This document shows positions 42,018 through 51,678 of a DNA stretch of 64,000 nt, piece by piece. A model generated the notes under the pieces. It was not told where the DNA came from. It saw nothing but the letters and a program-made list of their open reading frames with translations, and ran no database searches. The DNA is from Planctomycetota bacterium (GTDB lineage Bacteria; Planctomycetota; UBA1135; UBA2386), in contig OZ245006.1 of assembly GCA_965223545.1 (NCBI GenBank), forward strand, positions 1,984,001 to 2,048,000, read 5' to 3'. The first letter of the stretch is position 1, and the number at the start of each line of letters is the position of its first letter. The translations under genes were made by a program, and so were the position numbers.

Positions 42018-43760
42018 ATGGATTCGCGCATGAACCCCGTCCGCGCCCACTGCGTGCTTCTCGCCGTCGCCGCCACCGCGGTGGCCCTCCCGAGCGTCGC
42101 CGCCCAGCGCGGTCCCACGATCCTCAAGACCGAGGTCGACGGCTTGGTGCGCATGCTGCGCCACAACGCCCAACCGCACGGCGGCCTCGGCGACGGCAGC
42201 ATCGAGCACACCGCGATGGCGCTGACCGCCGCGGGCCACTGCCACCGCACCTACTACGCCGGCGACGGCCCGTGGATTCGCGCCGCGCTGCAGTCGCTGT
42301 TTCGGCAGCGCGCCGCCAGTGGCTCGTTCGGAGAGGCCAGCGCCTGGGTCAAGGACGCCCTGCGCGTGATGGACCCCGAGGGCTATGCCACCGAGCTCGC
42401 CCGACTCGGCGAGGACGGCGAGGTGCCGTCGCCGTTCGGCAAGGTCGTGCAGGCCGTGTACGCCGAAGTCGGCGATCAGCCCAAGCCGCTGGCGGTGGTC
42501 CAGGCGCGCGCCGATCGGCTGTTGGCGAACACCGCGCGCGGCATCCCGATGCAGGACGGCAAGCCCGACATCAAAGCGATCCCCGCGCTGCTGGTCGAGC
42601 TGGTCGCGTGCCAAGTCGCCGCCCGCGCCGGCGGCCGGCCACCGCAGGCCGCAGCCGCGACCGCCGACGCCCCGCCCGCGTGGCTCGACAGCCAGCAGCG
42701 CGGCTTCGACTTCCTGCTGACCCAGCAGGACGGGGGCGCGTTCTTCGTCGAACACGGCGGCCAGCGGTTTCCGGATGCCGGCCTGACGGCGATCGGCCTG
42801 TCGGCGCTGCAGACCAAGCCCTCGGCGCTGCGCACCGAGGCGGAGAGCGCGGTGATCGAGCAGGGGCTCACCTGGCTGTTGGCCCAGCAGAACGAGCAGG
42901 GCGGCTTCGGCCAGTCCAACATCAACTACACCACTTGCGCCGCCATCATGGCGCTGGCCGCCGCCGACGATGCGCGCTTCGCCGAAGCGCTCGCCAGCGC
43001 GCAGAAGTTCGTCCTGTTCCTGCAGAACATCGAGGAGCGCGGCTACGGCCGGCAGGACCGCGACTACGGCTCGATCGGCTACGGCGGCGACGAGCGCGGC
43101 GATCTCAGCAACCTGCAGTTCTCGATCGACGCGCTGCGCCGCACCGAGCTCGACGCGCAGCACGAGGCCTTCCAAAAGGCGCTCGTCTTTCTGCAGCGCG
43201 TGCAAAACCTCAAGTCGGTCAACGACTTCCGCGACCGCGTCCCGGGCGACGACGGCTGGTACGAGGTGGCGAGCGGCGACGACGGCGGCGCCGCGTACTA
43301 CCCGGGCAACTCCCCGGCCGGCTACCTCGAGCTCGCCGATGGGACCCGCGTGCCGCGCAGCTACGGCTCGATGACCTATGCGCTGCTCAAGGCCTACATC
43401 CTGTGCGGCCTGCCCGCGGACGACCCGCGCGTGCGCGCCGCCGCCGGCTGGATCACCCGCCACTGGACCCTCGAGGTCAACCCCGGAGCCGACCCGGCCC
43501 TGGGTGAAAAGACAGCCTACCAGGGCCTGTACTACTACTACATGGTGATGGCGCAGGCGCTGAGCCTCGCCGGCATCGACGAGGTCGCGCCCGACGAGGC
43601 CGCCCCGGTGCAGTGGCGCGACGCGCTCGCCGAGCACCTCGCCGCGCTCCAGCGCGGCGACGGCTCCTGGCTCAACGAGCGCAACGGCCGCTGGTGGGAA
43701 GACCAGCCGATGGTCTGCACCGCCTACGCGATGCTGGCGCTCGAGCACTGCGCCCGCTGA
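42018..43760 (+). CDS. Exported prenyltransferase/squalene-oxidase repeat protein
   Basis: Repeated xLxxQxxxGxF/W motifs (LLTQQDGG, LAQQNEQGGF, LQRGDGSW), DLSNLQF and YGSMTYA. Confidence 0.82.
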   Translation: MDSRMNPVRAHCVLLAVAATAVALPSVAAQRGPTILKTEVDGLVRMLRHNAQPHGGLGDGSIEHTAMALTAAGHCHRTYYAGDGPWIRAALQSLFRQRAASGSFGEASAWVKDALRVMDPEGYATELARLGEDGEVPSPFGKVVQAVYAEVGDQPKPLAVVQARADRLLANTARGIPMQDGKPDIKAIPALLVELVACQVAARAGGRPPQAAAATADAPPAWLDSQQRGFDFLLTQQDGGAFFVEHGGQRFPDAGLTAIGLSALQTKPSALRTEAESAVIEQGLTWLLAQQNEQGGFGQSNINYTTCAAIMALAAADDARFAEALASAQKFVLFLQNIEERGYGRQDRDYGSIGYGGDERGDLSNLQFSIDALRRTELDAQHEAFQKALVFLQRVQNLKSVNDFRDRVPGDDGWYEVASGDDGGAAYYPGNSPAGYLELADGTRVPRSYGSMTYALLKAYILCGLPADDPRVRAAAGWITRHWTLEVNPGADPALGEKTAYQGLYYYYMVMAQALSLAGIDEVAPDEAAPVQWRDALAEHLAALQRGDGSWLNERNGRWWEDQPMVCTAYAMLALEHCAR

Positions 43761-43791
43761 CGGACGCGTGCTCGCCGGTGCGCGGCTCCGA

Positions 43792-44121
43792 TCACGGACC
43801 GATCGCGACGGTGTAGTCTCGGCTCGTCGAGTGCTCCAGCCGCAGCACCTCCCAGGAGCTCGGCGGCGTGAAGTCGGCGGTGCCCTTTCCGTTCGCATCG
43901 AGAGTGATCTGAACGGTGGTGTTCTGGTCGGGATACTGCAGACTGACGACGTCGACGGTGACGTTCTCTCCAGCCAACGCGGAGTTCTCGTAGTGGATGG
44001 TCAGGGTCTGCCCCTGACTGATGGTGCTCTCCGTTCCCTCGAACCGCTGCGGCGGGTTCATCACCATCGCACTGGTCAGCAGCAGCAAGAGCGGCACAAA
44101 CATGACTCCCATTCGGTGCAT
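43792..44121 (-). CDS. Small secreted beta-rich protein
   Basis: GAGGAG SD, hydrophobic signal and an Ig-like composition. Confidence 0.7.
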   Translation of the reverse strand: MHRMGVMFVPLLLLLTSAMVMNPPQRFEGTESTISQGQTLTIHYENSALAGENVTVDVVSLQYPDQNTTVQITLDANGKGTADFTPPSSWEVLRLEHSTSRDYTVAIGP

Positions 44122-44492
44122 TTCGATCTCCTCGTAGGTGGCAAGCCGGTACCGCGGCCGTCAGGGAGGTCCACACGGACCCGGTTGGATTGAGAAAGAG
44201 CCTGAAGCGGCGGGTGCACGGCACCCGGCATCGGCACGGCAAAACTCCGCGACGATCGACTGCCAGTATGCCCCACCGAACGTGGGTCGGCTGGCATCCC
44301 GTGCGGCGACCGGGGCGCTGGGCGCGGCCGCCGCCGAAACCGCGCGTCTCAACCCCCGACGTCAAGGCGCGGAACGCGCCGACCATCCGTTCGGATGGCA
44401 GATCGCAAAGTCGGTCTCGTTTTGCGACCCGCGAGCTCACTCGGGAGAATCGTGCCGAGGCACCGACCGCGAGCCCGAAGCGGCCCGCGCGC

Positions 44493-44882
44493 TCAGGGCT
44501 TTTCGAGCTTGCGCCCCAGCATCTCGACGAAGAGCTCGGCTTGCCGCCGCAGCTCCTCGTCATCGCCGCGCGCCGCCTCCACGATCGCCGCGATCCCCTG
44601 CGACGATTGCGCAAAGATGGTGCCCAGCGCGTTGCGGCGCCGGTCGCTCGACACGTCCGGATTCCGCAGAATCTCGATCGCGTCATCGAACCGCAGATCA
44701 TCGGTCTGCTGGCCCGACCAGAACTTCACCGAGCCGAATCCCGAGCCCAGGGTGACCCAGACCAACGCGAGCACGACGAAACCCAGAACGGGCTTCGTCC
44801 ACCGCGAACGACCTTCCAGCGGGGCACTCGGCGCCGCGTCGCCGACCCCGCCGTGACCGACGCGGGCGGCGCGTTCGCTCAG
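44493..44882 (-). CDS. Hypothetical single-TM protein (start uncertain)
   Basis: TM segment VLGFVVLALVWVTLG followed by a helical domain. The frame overlaps the XRE stop as CTGA. Confidence 0.45.
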   Translation of the reverse strand: MSERAARVGHGGVGDAAPSAPLEGRSRWTKPVLGFVVLALVWVTLGSGFGSVKFWSGQQTDDLRFDDAIEILRNPDVSSDRRRNALGTIFAQSSQGIAAIVEAARGDDEELRRQAELFVEMLGRKLEKP

Positions 44883-45463
44883 AGCTGATCGCTGGTTTCG
44901 TTGCTGATGCGCGTCCACGAGCGTTGTTTGAGAGTGGTCAGCGTACGCCGCGCTTGCTCGAACTCCAACCAGAGCTGGGGAGCGATCTTGCGGACGTGAT
45001 CCACCAGCCGGGACACCCACGCCTCGACCTCTGGCTGGCTGCCGACGCGGGTACCGCGGCGGACGACGTGCCAGAAGGTGATCATGTGGGGATCCCACTC
45101 GACCAATCGCGCGATGTCGACCTCGTTGCGGCAGCGCAGAATGCGCTCCGCCAGGTCGATGTCGATCAACAGGTCGCCGACCGGCAGCTCGCTCGGCGAC
45201 TCACAGACGCCGACCAAGTAATCGGCGGTGCAGCGGTACAGCTTGGCCAGGTGGTACAGCTCGGGGGCGCGCGGACTGCGCGTCCCCGACTCCCAGCCAC
45301 TCACGGTGTTCGACGCGATGCTGAGGCGCTGTGCCACCTCGGTCTGCGTCAGGCCGGCGCGCAACCGCGCCAACCGGAGGCGCTCGGCCACCACCTCGGT
45401 GAGGGCGTGCTGCTGCGGGACCACCACGAGAGCAATGGTAGCCTTCGCAACGGCACTTTGCAT
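44879..45463 (-). CDS. XRE-family HTH transcriptional regulator
   Basis: RLRLARLRAGLTQTEVAQRLSIASNTVSGWESG...ADYLVG. Confidence 0.85.
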   Translation of the reverse strand: MQSAVAKATIALVVVPQQHALTEVVAERLRLARLRAGLTQTEVAQRLSIASNTVSGWESGTRSPRAPELYHLAKLYRCTADYLVGVCESPSELPVGDLLIDIDLAERILRCRNEVDIARLVEWDPHMITFWHVVRRGTRVGSQPEVEAWVSRLVDHVRKIAPQLWLEFEQARRTLTTLKQRSWTRISNETSDQL

Positions 45464-45509
45464 GCGCGTTCGGCGCGCGCGCCGGAGCCCCGCCGTTTCC
45501 GGCAGACCG

Positions 45510-46187
45510 TCAAAACACCGCGACGCGATTCAGCGGCCAGAAACACACCCGGACACGCCCCTTGAGCAGCTCGCGCCCGACGACGCCGAACTCGCGCGAG
45601 TCGCAGCTGATCGGGCGATTGTCACCGAGCACGAAGTAGCTGTTCGCCGGAACGACGCATTCGCGCATCACTGCCCAATCGGCGACGTGCGCGAACGCCT
45701 CGGCGATCGGCACGTCGTTGACGTAAATCGTGCCGCGGTCGATGCGTACGCGGTCGCCGGGCAACCCGATCACCCGTTTGACGAAGTCGATCGTCGGATC
45801 GGCGGGGTAGCGCAGCACGACAACGTCGAAGCGATCGACGTCGGCGAGCTCGTACGCCAGCCGGTCGACGACCAGCCGATCGCCGTCACACAGCGACGGC
45901 CGCATCGAGTGTCCACGCACGACCGAAATCTGCACCACGTAGAGGTGCAGCACCAGGATCATGGCGGCGCCGCAGAACAGGTCCCGGGCAAACCGGCGGC
46001 GCGGGCTGCGCGACGGCTCCGGACGGCGGCCGACGCGGACCGCGACGCGGTCGCCCACCGGCGCGCGGTGCGGGCCCGCATCCGCCATCATCTCGGCCAG
46101 CGACGACCGACCAACGTCCTCCACCAGTGCGCTGCCGAGCCGTTCCAACAGCCCGGCCTCGTCTCCCCCCAGGCGCGTCATCGCCAT
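45510..46187 (-). CDS. lepB: Signal peptidase I
   Basis: GHSMRPSL, FVKRVIGLPGD and YFVLGDNRPISCDSREFG motifs. Confidence 0.92.
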   Translation of the reverse strand: MAMTRLGGDEAGLLERLGSALVEDVGRSSLAEMMADAGPHRAPVGDRVAVRVGRRPEPSRSPRRRFARDLFCGAAMILVLHLYVVQISVVRGHSMRPSLCDGDRLVVDRLAYELADVDRFDVVVLRYPADPTIDFVKRVIGLPGDRVRIDRGTIYVNDVPIAEAFAHVADWAVMRECVVPANSYFVLGDNRPISCDSREFGVVGRELLKGRVRVCFWPLNRVAVF

Positions 46188-46395
46188 TGTTCATCGGGTT
46201 TTACGGCGGACCTCTTGCGCGCCTCTCGGCTCCGGCCGAGCCCCCGGCGAACGCGCCTTGCCGCGTCTTGCCGGTGCCGCCGATGCCAGGGCGCCGCGGC
46301 CTGCCGAAGTTTCTCAAGCGCTTTGACGGGCGTTTCCGACAAGACGACAGCGCCGGGTCGCTCCGCGACCCGCCAGGACCGGCACTCAGCGAACC

Positions 46396-47274
46396 ATGAC
46401 ACAGTCCCCGCTCGCCCGGCTCGCCACGCACGAACGCGCCCGACGCGAGATCCTGCTGCGCTGCGACCGCCTGCCCCCGCTGCCCGAAGTCGTGGTCGAG
46501 GTCATCCAGCTGCTCGAGGCGCCCGATACCGAGCCAGAGGACCTCGCGCGGCATCTCCAGCGGGACCCGGCGCTGGTGGCGCGCATGCTCGGCACGGTCA
46601 ACTCCCCGCTCTACGGCCTCAACCGGACGATCTCGTCGATCGTCGAGGCGGTCGTGGTGCTGGGCTTCCGCGGCCTGCGCAGCCTCGTGCTGGCATCGGG
46701 GACCTCGAAGTACCTGCAGAGCGACTTCCAGTGCTACGGCCACGACCGCGCCGGCTTGTGGCGACACTCGCTGGCGGTGGCCGCCGGCTGCCGCGGGCTG
46801 GCGGCGTCGCTGCCGGCCGCCGACCGCGAGGAGCTGTTCGTCGCCGGTCTGCTGCACGACATCGGCAAGCTGGTCTTGGCACCGTATCTGCGCGAGAACG
46901 AGCTCCAGCTCGACCTCGGCTCGCCGCTGACCGAAGCCGAGCAGCGCACCCTGGGCATCGACCACACCGAGGCCGGGGCTCTCGTCGCGGCGCGCTGGAA
47001 CCTCAGCCCCCGCGTGCAGGACATCCTGCGACACCACCACGCCGAGAGCCCGCCAGCGGCGCTGCGCCAGGCGATCGCCGCGGTCCGCGTCGCCGACGCA
47101 CTCGCCAAGCGCGCCGGGATCGGCCTCACCCAACCGGCGTTGCACACCGAGCTCGACGGCGAGGATCTCGACCATTTGTGCACCGACCGCGACGCGTGGA
47201 GTCAGCGCGAGCCGCAGCTGCTCGAAGCGATGCGGGCGACCGCCGACCAGATCGCCGTCGACGTGCCGCGATGA
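46396..47274 (+). CDS. HDOD domain protein
   Basis: LPPLPEV, DPALVARML..VNSP, WRHSLAVA, GLLHDIGKL and DHTEAG motifs. Confidence 0.9.
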   Translation: MTQSPLARLATHERARREILLRCDRLPPLPEVVVEVIQLLEAPDTEPEDLARHLQRDPALVARMLGTVNSPLYGLNRTISSIVEAVVVLGFRGLRSLVLASGTSKYLQSDFQCYGHDRAGLWRHSLAVAAGCRGLAASLPAADREELFVAGLLHDIGKLVLAPYLRENELQLDLGSPLTEAEQRTLGIDHTEAGALVAARWNLSPRVQDILRHHHAESPPAALRQAIAAVRVADALAKRAGIGLTQPALHTELDGEDLDHLCTDRDAWSQREPQLLEAMRATADQIAVDVPR

Positions 47275-48950
47275 TCGCCGCCGCGCCGGACACCGAACAC
47301 CTACAGCTGCACCAGGCGCGCACGCTCGCCGACCTGCAGGCGCAGATGCGTGTCGCGCTCGCCCGGCACCTCGGTCCGATCGCGGCAGCGCTGCTGCTGC
47401 ACGACGGACACGACACGCCGGCGCGGGTCGAGATCGCGCACGGCGACGCCACGGTCCCCGAGGGCAGTGCGCTCGACGCGCCGCCGTGGGACCCGGCACA
47501 CACCGTGCACGTGCCAGTCACCTACCGCGGCGAACCGCTGGGCTCGCTGCTGCTGGCCCGGGCACCCTCGGCGCTGCCGCCGTTGGCGGAGCTGCTGCAG
47601 CACTACGCGGTCGCGCGCGTCAACCTGCAGCTCGGCGCCGACACGGCACAGAGCTCGGAGGTCTACTTCGCCAGCCTGCACGCGTTCGAAGAAGGCGTCG
47701 GCCTGTTTCAGGAGGCGGACCGCGCGACCGTCGGCGCCCGCCTGCTGAGCTTGCTGACGTCGATCTTCAGCACCCATCCCGGCGCCCTGTTCACCTGGGC
47801 GACACCGAGCGCCGGCCCCACCGGCCGCCGGCTGCAACTCGATCAAGTGCTCGCGATCCCCGAACCGCTGCTCGAGCCCCTGCGCCGGACGGACGGCGTG
47901 TGGTGCCTCGAGGACGTCGACACCGTGACCCCGGTGATCGCCCGACGCGGCGCGCACGGCGAGTTCGAGGTCACCGGCACCGACCCCGGCGGCGTGGACT
48001 GCTCGGCATTCGCCGGCCTGCCGCCGGCGATCGACAACCTGGTGCTGTGCCCGCTCTCCTTCCACGGCCTGCAGATCGGACTGGCGCTGGTGGTCAACGC
48101 GTCTCTGGACTCGCCGGAGCTGACCTTCAAGCTCGAGAGCGTGCGCCGGCTCGGCGAGCTCGGCGCGGCGCTGTTCCACCGCATCCACCTGGAGGACCTC
48201 GCGGTGCGCAGTCGCGAGGTCGAGACGCAGATCGCGATCGCCGCGCGCATCCAGGCGCGCCTGTTGCCGACCGAGACGCCGGAGCTGGAGGGCATCGAGT
48301 GCGCGTTCTCGTCGCAGGCGGCCGCCCACGTCGGCGGCGACTACCTCGACCTGCTCACCGATGCCGAGGGCCGCTTCTACGCCGTCGTCGCCGACGTCTC
48401 GGGCCACGGCATCAACTCGGCGCTGCTGATGACCTCCTACCGCTCGACCTGCCGCGCCGAGTACTTCCGGCGTTCGCCGGCCGATCTGCTCGCCAAGCTC
48501 AACCGCGAGGTGCACCACGAGAGCGGCGACACCGGGATGTTCGTCACCGGCGCGGTGCTGCGCGTCGACGCCGATCGGCGGCGCGCGACCTTCGCCGGCG
48601 CCGGGCACACCCCCGTCCTGCTCTATCGGTGCGGCAGCGGCACCCTGCAGGAGCTCGACTCGACCGGCCCGCCGAACGGCTTCGTCCGCCACACCGACTA
48701 CGAGACCCGCGGGCTGACGCTGGCAGCGGGCGACGTGCTCCTGCTCTACACCGACGGCATCGTCGAAGCCAAGCGCGACGGCAACGACCTCGACATGTTC
48801 GGCGAGGAGCGGCTGCGCGACACCTTGATCGGCGTCGCACCCGGGTCGGCCGCCGAGATCCTCGGCGCGCTCACGTCCGCGGTCAGCGAGTTCGCTGGCC
48901 CCGGCGGCTGCGACGACGACGTCTCACTGCTGGTGCTCAAGATCCGCTGA
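47271..48950 (+). CDS. PP2C/SpoIIE-family Ser/Thr phosphatase with GAF-like N-terminus
   Basis: VGGDYLD, VADVSGHG, AGHTP, LYTDGIVE and DDDVSLL motifs. ATGA overlap with the HDOD gene. Confidence 0.9.
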   Translation: MIAAAPDTEHLQLHQARTLADLQAQMRVALARHLGPIAAALLLHDGHDTPARVEIAHGDATVPEGSALDAPPWDPAHTVHVPVTYRGEPLGSLLLARAPSALPPLAELLQHYAVARVNLQLGADTAQSSEVYFASLHAFEEGVGLFQEADRATVGARLLSLLTSIFSTHPGALFTWATPSAGPTGRRLQLDQVLAIPEPLLEPLRRTDGVWCLEDVDTVTPVIARRGAHGEFEVTGTDPGGVDCSAFAGLPPAIDNLVLCPLSFHGLQIGLALVVNASLDSPELTFKLESVRRLGELGAALFHRIHLEDLAVRSREVETQIAIAARIQARLLPTETPELEGIECAFSSQAAAHVGGDYLDLLTDAEGRFYAVVADVSGHGINSALLMTSYRSTCRAEYFRRSPADLLAKLNREVHHESGDTGMFVTGAVLRVDADRRRATFAGAGHTPVLLYRCGSGTLQELDSTGPPNGFVRHTDYETRGLTLAAGDVLLLYTDGIVEAKRDGNDLDMFGEERLRDTLIGVAPGSAAEILGALTSAVSEFAGPGGCDDDVSLLVLKIR

Positions 48951-49332
48951 CGGCGACCGGGGTCGAGCCCAGGTACGCCCACACGCCAGTGACCGTCGCG
49001 GCCACTGCCGCCACCGAGAACGCCACTACGAGGACGCGGTGCAGCCGCCGTGCACTGTCCGATCGCCAGAGGGCGACGCCCGAGGCGGCCACCCCGACCC
49101 CGAACGCACCCGCGGCGTAGGCCAGCGGCCGGTGGATGCGCATGACCTCGACCGGGAACGCCCGCTCGCGCCCCATGGCGACCGCGAAGGCGATCGCCAC
49201 GCACAGCGCGACCAGCGTGGCCGGCCCGAGCAGGAGGTGCCAACGGCGCACGCCGCGAAACCCCGACCACAGGGCCGCGGCGAGCAGCGCCAGCGTCACG
49301 CCGAACGCGATCCAGAAGCCGATGGTCATCAT
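48937..49332 (-). CDS. Small 4-TM membrane protein
   Basis: Four hydrophobic helices with spaced His residues (WHL, IHR, LHR). Confidence 0.65.
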   Translation of the reverse strand: MMTIGFWIAFGVTLALLAAALWSGFRGVRRWHLLLGPATLVALCVAIAFAVAMGRERAFPVEVMRIHRPLAYAAGAFGVGVAASGVALWRSDSARRLHRVLVVAFSVAAVAATVTGVWAYLGSTPVAVSGS

Positions 49333-49398
49333 GGCGTGGAGCTCGCGGGCGCGGTCACACTCGTTGCGCGCCCGGGGCTTTGCAGTACCGTGGCGGCC

Positions 49399-49878
49399 AT
49401 GGTGCACCAGATCAAGAGCGAGATCCGAGGCGCCGGCCGACGCATCGCCATCGCCGTCGGCCGCTTCAACGAGCTGATCGGCAACCGCTTGCTGGACGGT
49501 GCGATCGACGCTCTGCTGCGGCACGGCACCGATGCCGATTCGATCAGCGTGGTCTGGGTGCCGGGCGCATTCGAGCTGCCGCTGACCTGCCGGTGGCTCG
49601 CGGAGAGCGGTCGCCACGACGGCGTCATCGCGCTGGGCACGGTGATCCGCGGGGCGACCACCCACTACGACTACGTCTGCCAGCAGGCGGCGCGCGGCGT
49701 CCTCGACGCGGGGGTCAACAGCGGCGTGCCGGTCGCCTTCGGCGTGCTCACGACCGAGAACACCGACCAGGCGCTCGAACGGGCCGGCGGAAAGGCGGGC
49801 AACAAGGGGGCGGACGCCGCCCTCACCGTGCTCGAGATGATCGGCCTGCGCCAGCAGCTCACCGCCGACGGGCGCTGA
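49399..49878 (+). CDS. ribH: 6,7-dimethyl-8-ribityllumazine synthase
   Basis: RFNELI, VPGAFELP, VIRGATTHYDYV and GNKGADAA motifs. Confidence 0.96.
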   Translation: MVHQIKSEIRGAGRRIAIAVGRFNELIGNRLLDGAIDALLRHGTDADSISVVWVPGAFELPLTCRWLAESGRHDGVIALGTVIRGATTHYDYVCQQAARGVLDAGVNSGVPVAFGVLTTENTDQALERAGGKAGNKGADAALTVLEMIGLRQQLTADGR

Positions 49879-49994
49879 CCGGCACCGGCGTCTCGGAGGG
49901 CAGAACGGGGGGACTGTTCTTTGCCCGGGCGGCTGCCCGGCGCTACGCTCTCCGCCTCTCCGCTCTTTGCCGGCCCGCTCTCGGGCCGACTCCC

Positions 49995-50426
49995 ATGCGC
50001 CGCCGGACCAAAGCCCGCGAAATCGCAGTCCAGTTCCTCTACCAGCTCGACATGAGGGGCGACGAGATCGCCTCGTCGTTGGACGAGTTCTTGGCGCAGG
50101 AAACCGAAGACGAGCAGACGCGGCGTTTTGCTCGCCGCCTGATCGAGGGCACGCGCACGGACATCACGCGCACCGACGAGCTGCTGCGGTCGGTGACCCG
50201 CAACTGGGACCTCAAGCGCATGGCGATCGTCGACCGCAACGTGCTCCGGATGGCGATCTACGAGCTGCTCCACTGCGACGACATCCCGCCCAAGGTGACG
50301 ATCAACGAGGCCATCGAGATCGGCAAGAAGTTCTCCACCGGCAACTCCGGCGCGTTCATCAACGGCATCCTCGACCGCGTGCGCATCGACTTGCTGGCGG
50401 GCGACGCGCAGGCGGCCGCCGAGTGA
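49995..50426 (+). CDS. nusB: Transcription antitermination factor NusB
   Basis: RRRTKAREIAVQFLYQ, DRNVLR, INEAIE and FINGILD motifs. Confidence 0.96.
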   Translation: MRRRTKAREIAVQFLYQLDMRGDEIASSLDEFLAQETEDEQTRRFARRLIEGTRTDITRTDELLRSVTRNWDLKRMAIVDRNVLRMAIYELLHCDDIPPKVTINEAIEIGKKFSTGNSGAFINGILDRVRIDLLAGDAQAAAE

Positions 50427-50731
50427 GCGTCTGGGCCCGAGGATCGTTGCGCGGCCGCAACGTTGCCGCAGGCCGGTTGTCGTCAGGACTTCGATACCGC
50501 AACTCCCAGACGCTCAGAAGCAACACTGGCGTCTGCGCTCAGCGTGGCCGTCCGGCACCGCTGGATTCCCGGGCTCCGCTACTGTCGCGGTGCGCTCGGT
50601 TTTTGGTTGCGGCCCCGGCCGCGCTGAGCGTCTGGGCCCGCGGATCTTTTTGCGGCGGCAACGTTGCCGCAGGCCGGCTGTCGTCAGGACTTCGATACCG
50701 CAACTCCCAGACGCTCAGAAGCAACACTGGC
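50424..50731 (+). repeat. Tandem copies 3 (50424-50628, full) and 4 (50625-50731, 5' half) of the two-hairpin repeat
   Basis: Begins at the nusB TGA. The two copies share TGAG at their junction. Confidence 0.9.
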
Positions 50732-50748
50732 CTCCGGGCGAGCTCGGC

Positions 50749-51678
50749 ATGGTGATCGGCAAGCTGTTCGCCAGCCTGCGCAAGACGCGCGATCGCTTGA
50801 GCTCCGGCCTCTCGCGACTGCTGACGCTCGGCCGCGCGCTCGACGAGGATCTGCTCGAGGAGCTGGAGGAGGTGCTGTACTCGGCCGACCTCGGCCCGGT
50901 CACCGCCGAATTGGTCGACTCGCTCAAGGCCGCGTACCGCAACAAGACGCTGCGCGAAACCAGCGAGGTCGTCCCGCATCTCCGGCGCTTGCTGCTCGAG
51001 CGGCTGGAGGGCTGTGGCGGTGAGCTGCGCCGGGCGGCGAGCGGCCCCACCGTGATCCTGGTGGTCGGCGTCAACGGCTCGGGCAAGACCACGTCGATCG
51101 CCAAGCTCGCGCACCATCTCAGCAGCCGAGGCCACAAGGTGCTGCTCGGCGCCGGCGACACGTTCCGCGCCGCGGCCGTCGAGCAGCTCACCCTGTGGGC
51201 CGACCGCCTCGGGATCGGCATCGTCAAGCAATCGACCGGGGCGGATCCGGCCGCGGTCGCCTTCGACGCGTGCGCGGCCGCCGTGGCGCGCGGCGTCGAC
51301 TTCTTGATTCTCGACACCGCGGGCCGCTTGCACACGCAGAAGAACCTGATGGAGGAGCTGCGCAAGATCGTGCGGGTGGTGACCAAGCAGATCCCCGACG
51401 CACCGCACGAGACCCTGCTCGTGCTCGACGCGACGACGGGCCAGAACGCGATCCGCCAGGCCCGCGAGTTCAGCGCGGTCGCCGAGGTCAGCGGCTTGCT
51501 GTTGGCCAAGATGGACGGCACCGCCAAGGGTGGCGCCGTGTTCGGCATCCGCGACGCCGTGCCGCTGCCGGTGGTGTTCGTCGGCGTCGGCGAGAAGCTC
51601 GACGATCTCTTGCGCTTCGACCCCGAGGCGTTCGTCGACGCGGTGCTCACCCTGCAGCCCACCGGCGAGACCGCCTGA
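50749..51678 (+). CDS. ftsY: SRP receptor FtsY
   Basis: GVNGSGKTT, DTFRAAA, DTAGR and KMDGTAKGG motifs. Confidence 0.96.
   Translation: MVIGKLFASLRKTRDRLSSGLSRLLTLGRALDEDLLEELEEVLYSADLGPVTAELVDSLKAAYRNKTLRETSEVVPHLRRLLLERLEGCGGELRRAASGPTVILVVGVNGSGKTTSIAKLAHHLSSRGHKVLLGAGDTFRAAAVEQLTLWADRLGIGIVKQSTGADPAAVAFDACAAAVARGVDFLILDTAGRLHTQKNLMEELRKIVRVVTKQIPDAPHETLLVLDATTGQNAIRQAREFSAVAEVSGLLLAKMDGTAKGGAVFGIRDAVPLPVVFVGVGEKLDDLLRFDPEAFVDAVLTLQPTGETA

Noticed and set aside
45228..47270. HDOD-PP2C fusion suggested by the 1240 aa ORF
   Set aside because: HDOD is in a different frame. The two genes are separate with an ATGA overlap at 47271-47274.
50424..50731. Tandem repeat as a CRISPR array
   Set aside because: The units are about 200 bp with no unique spacers, and no cas genes are present.
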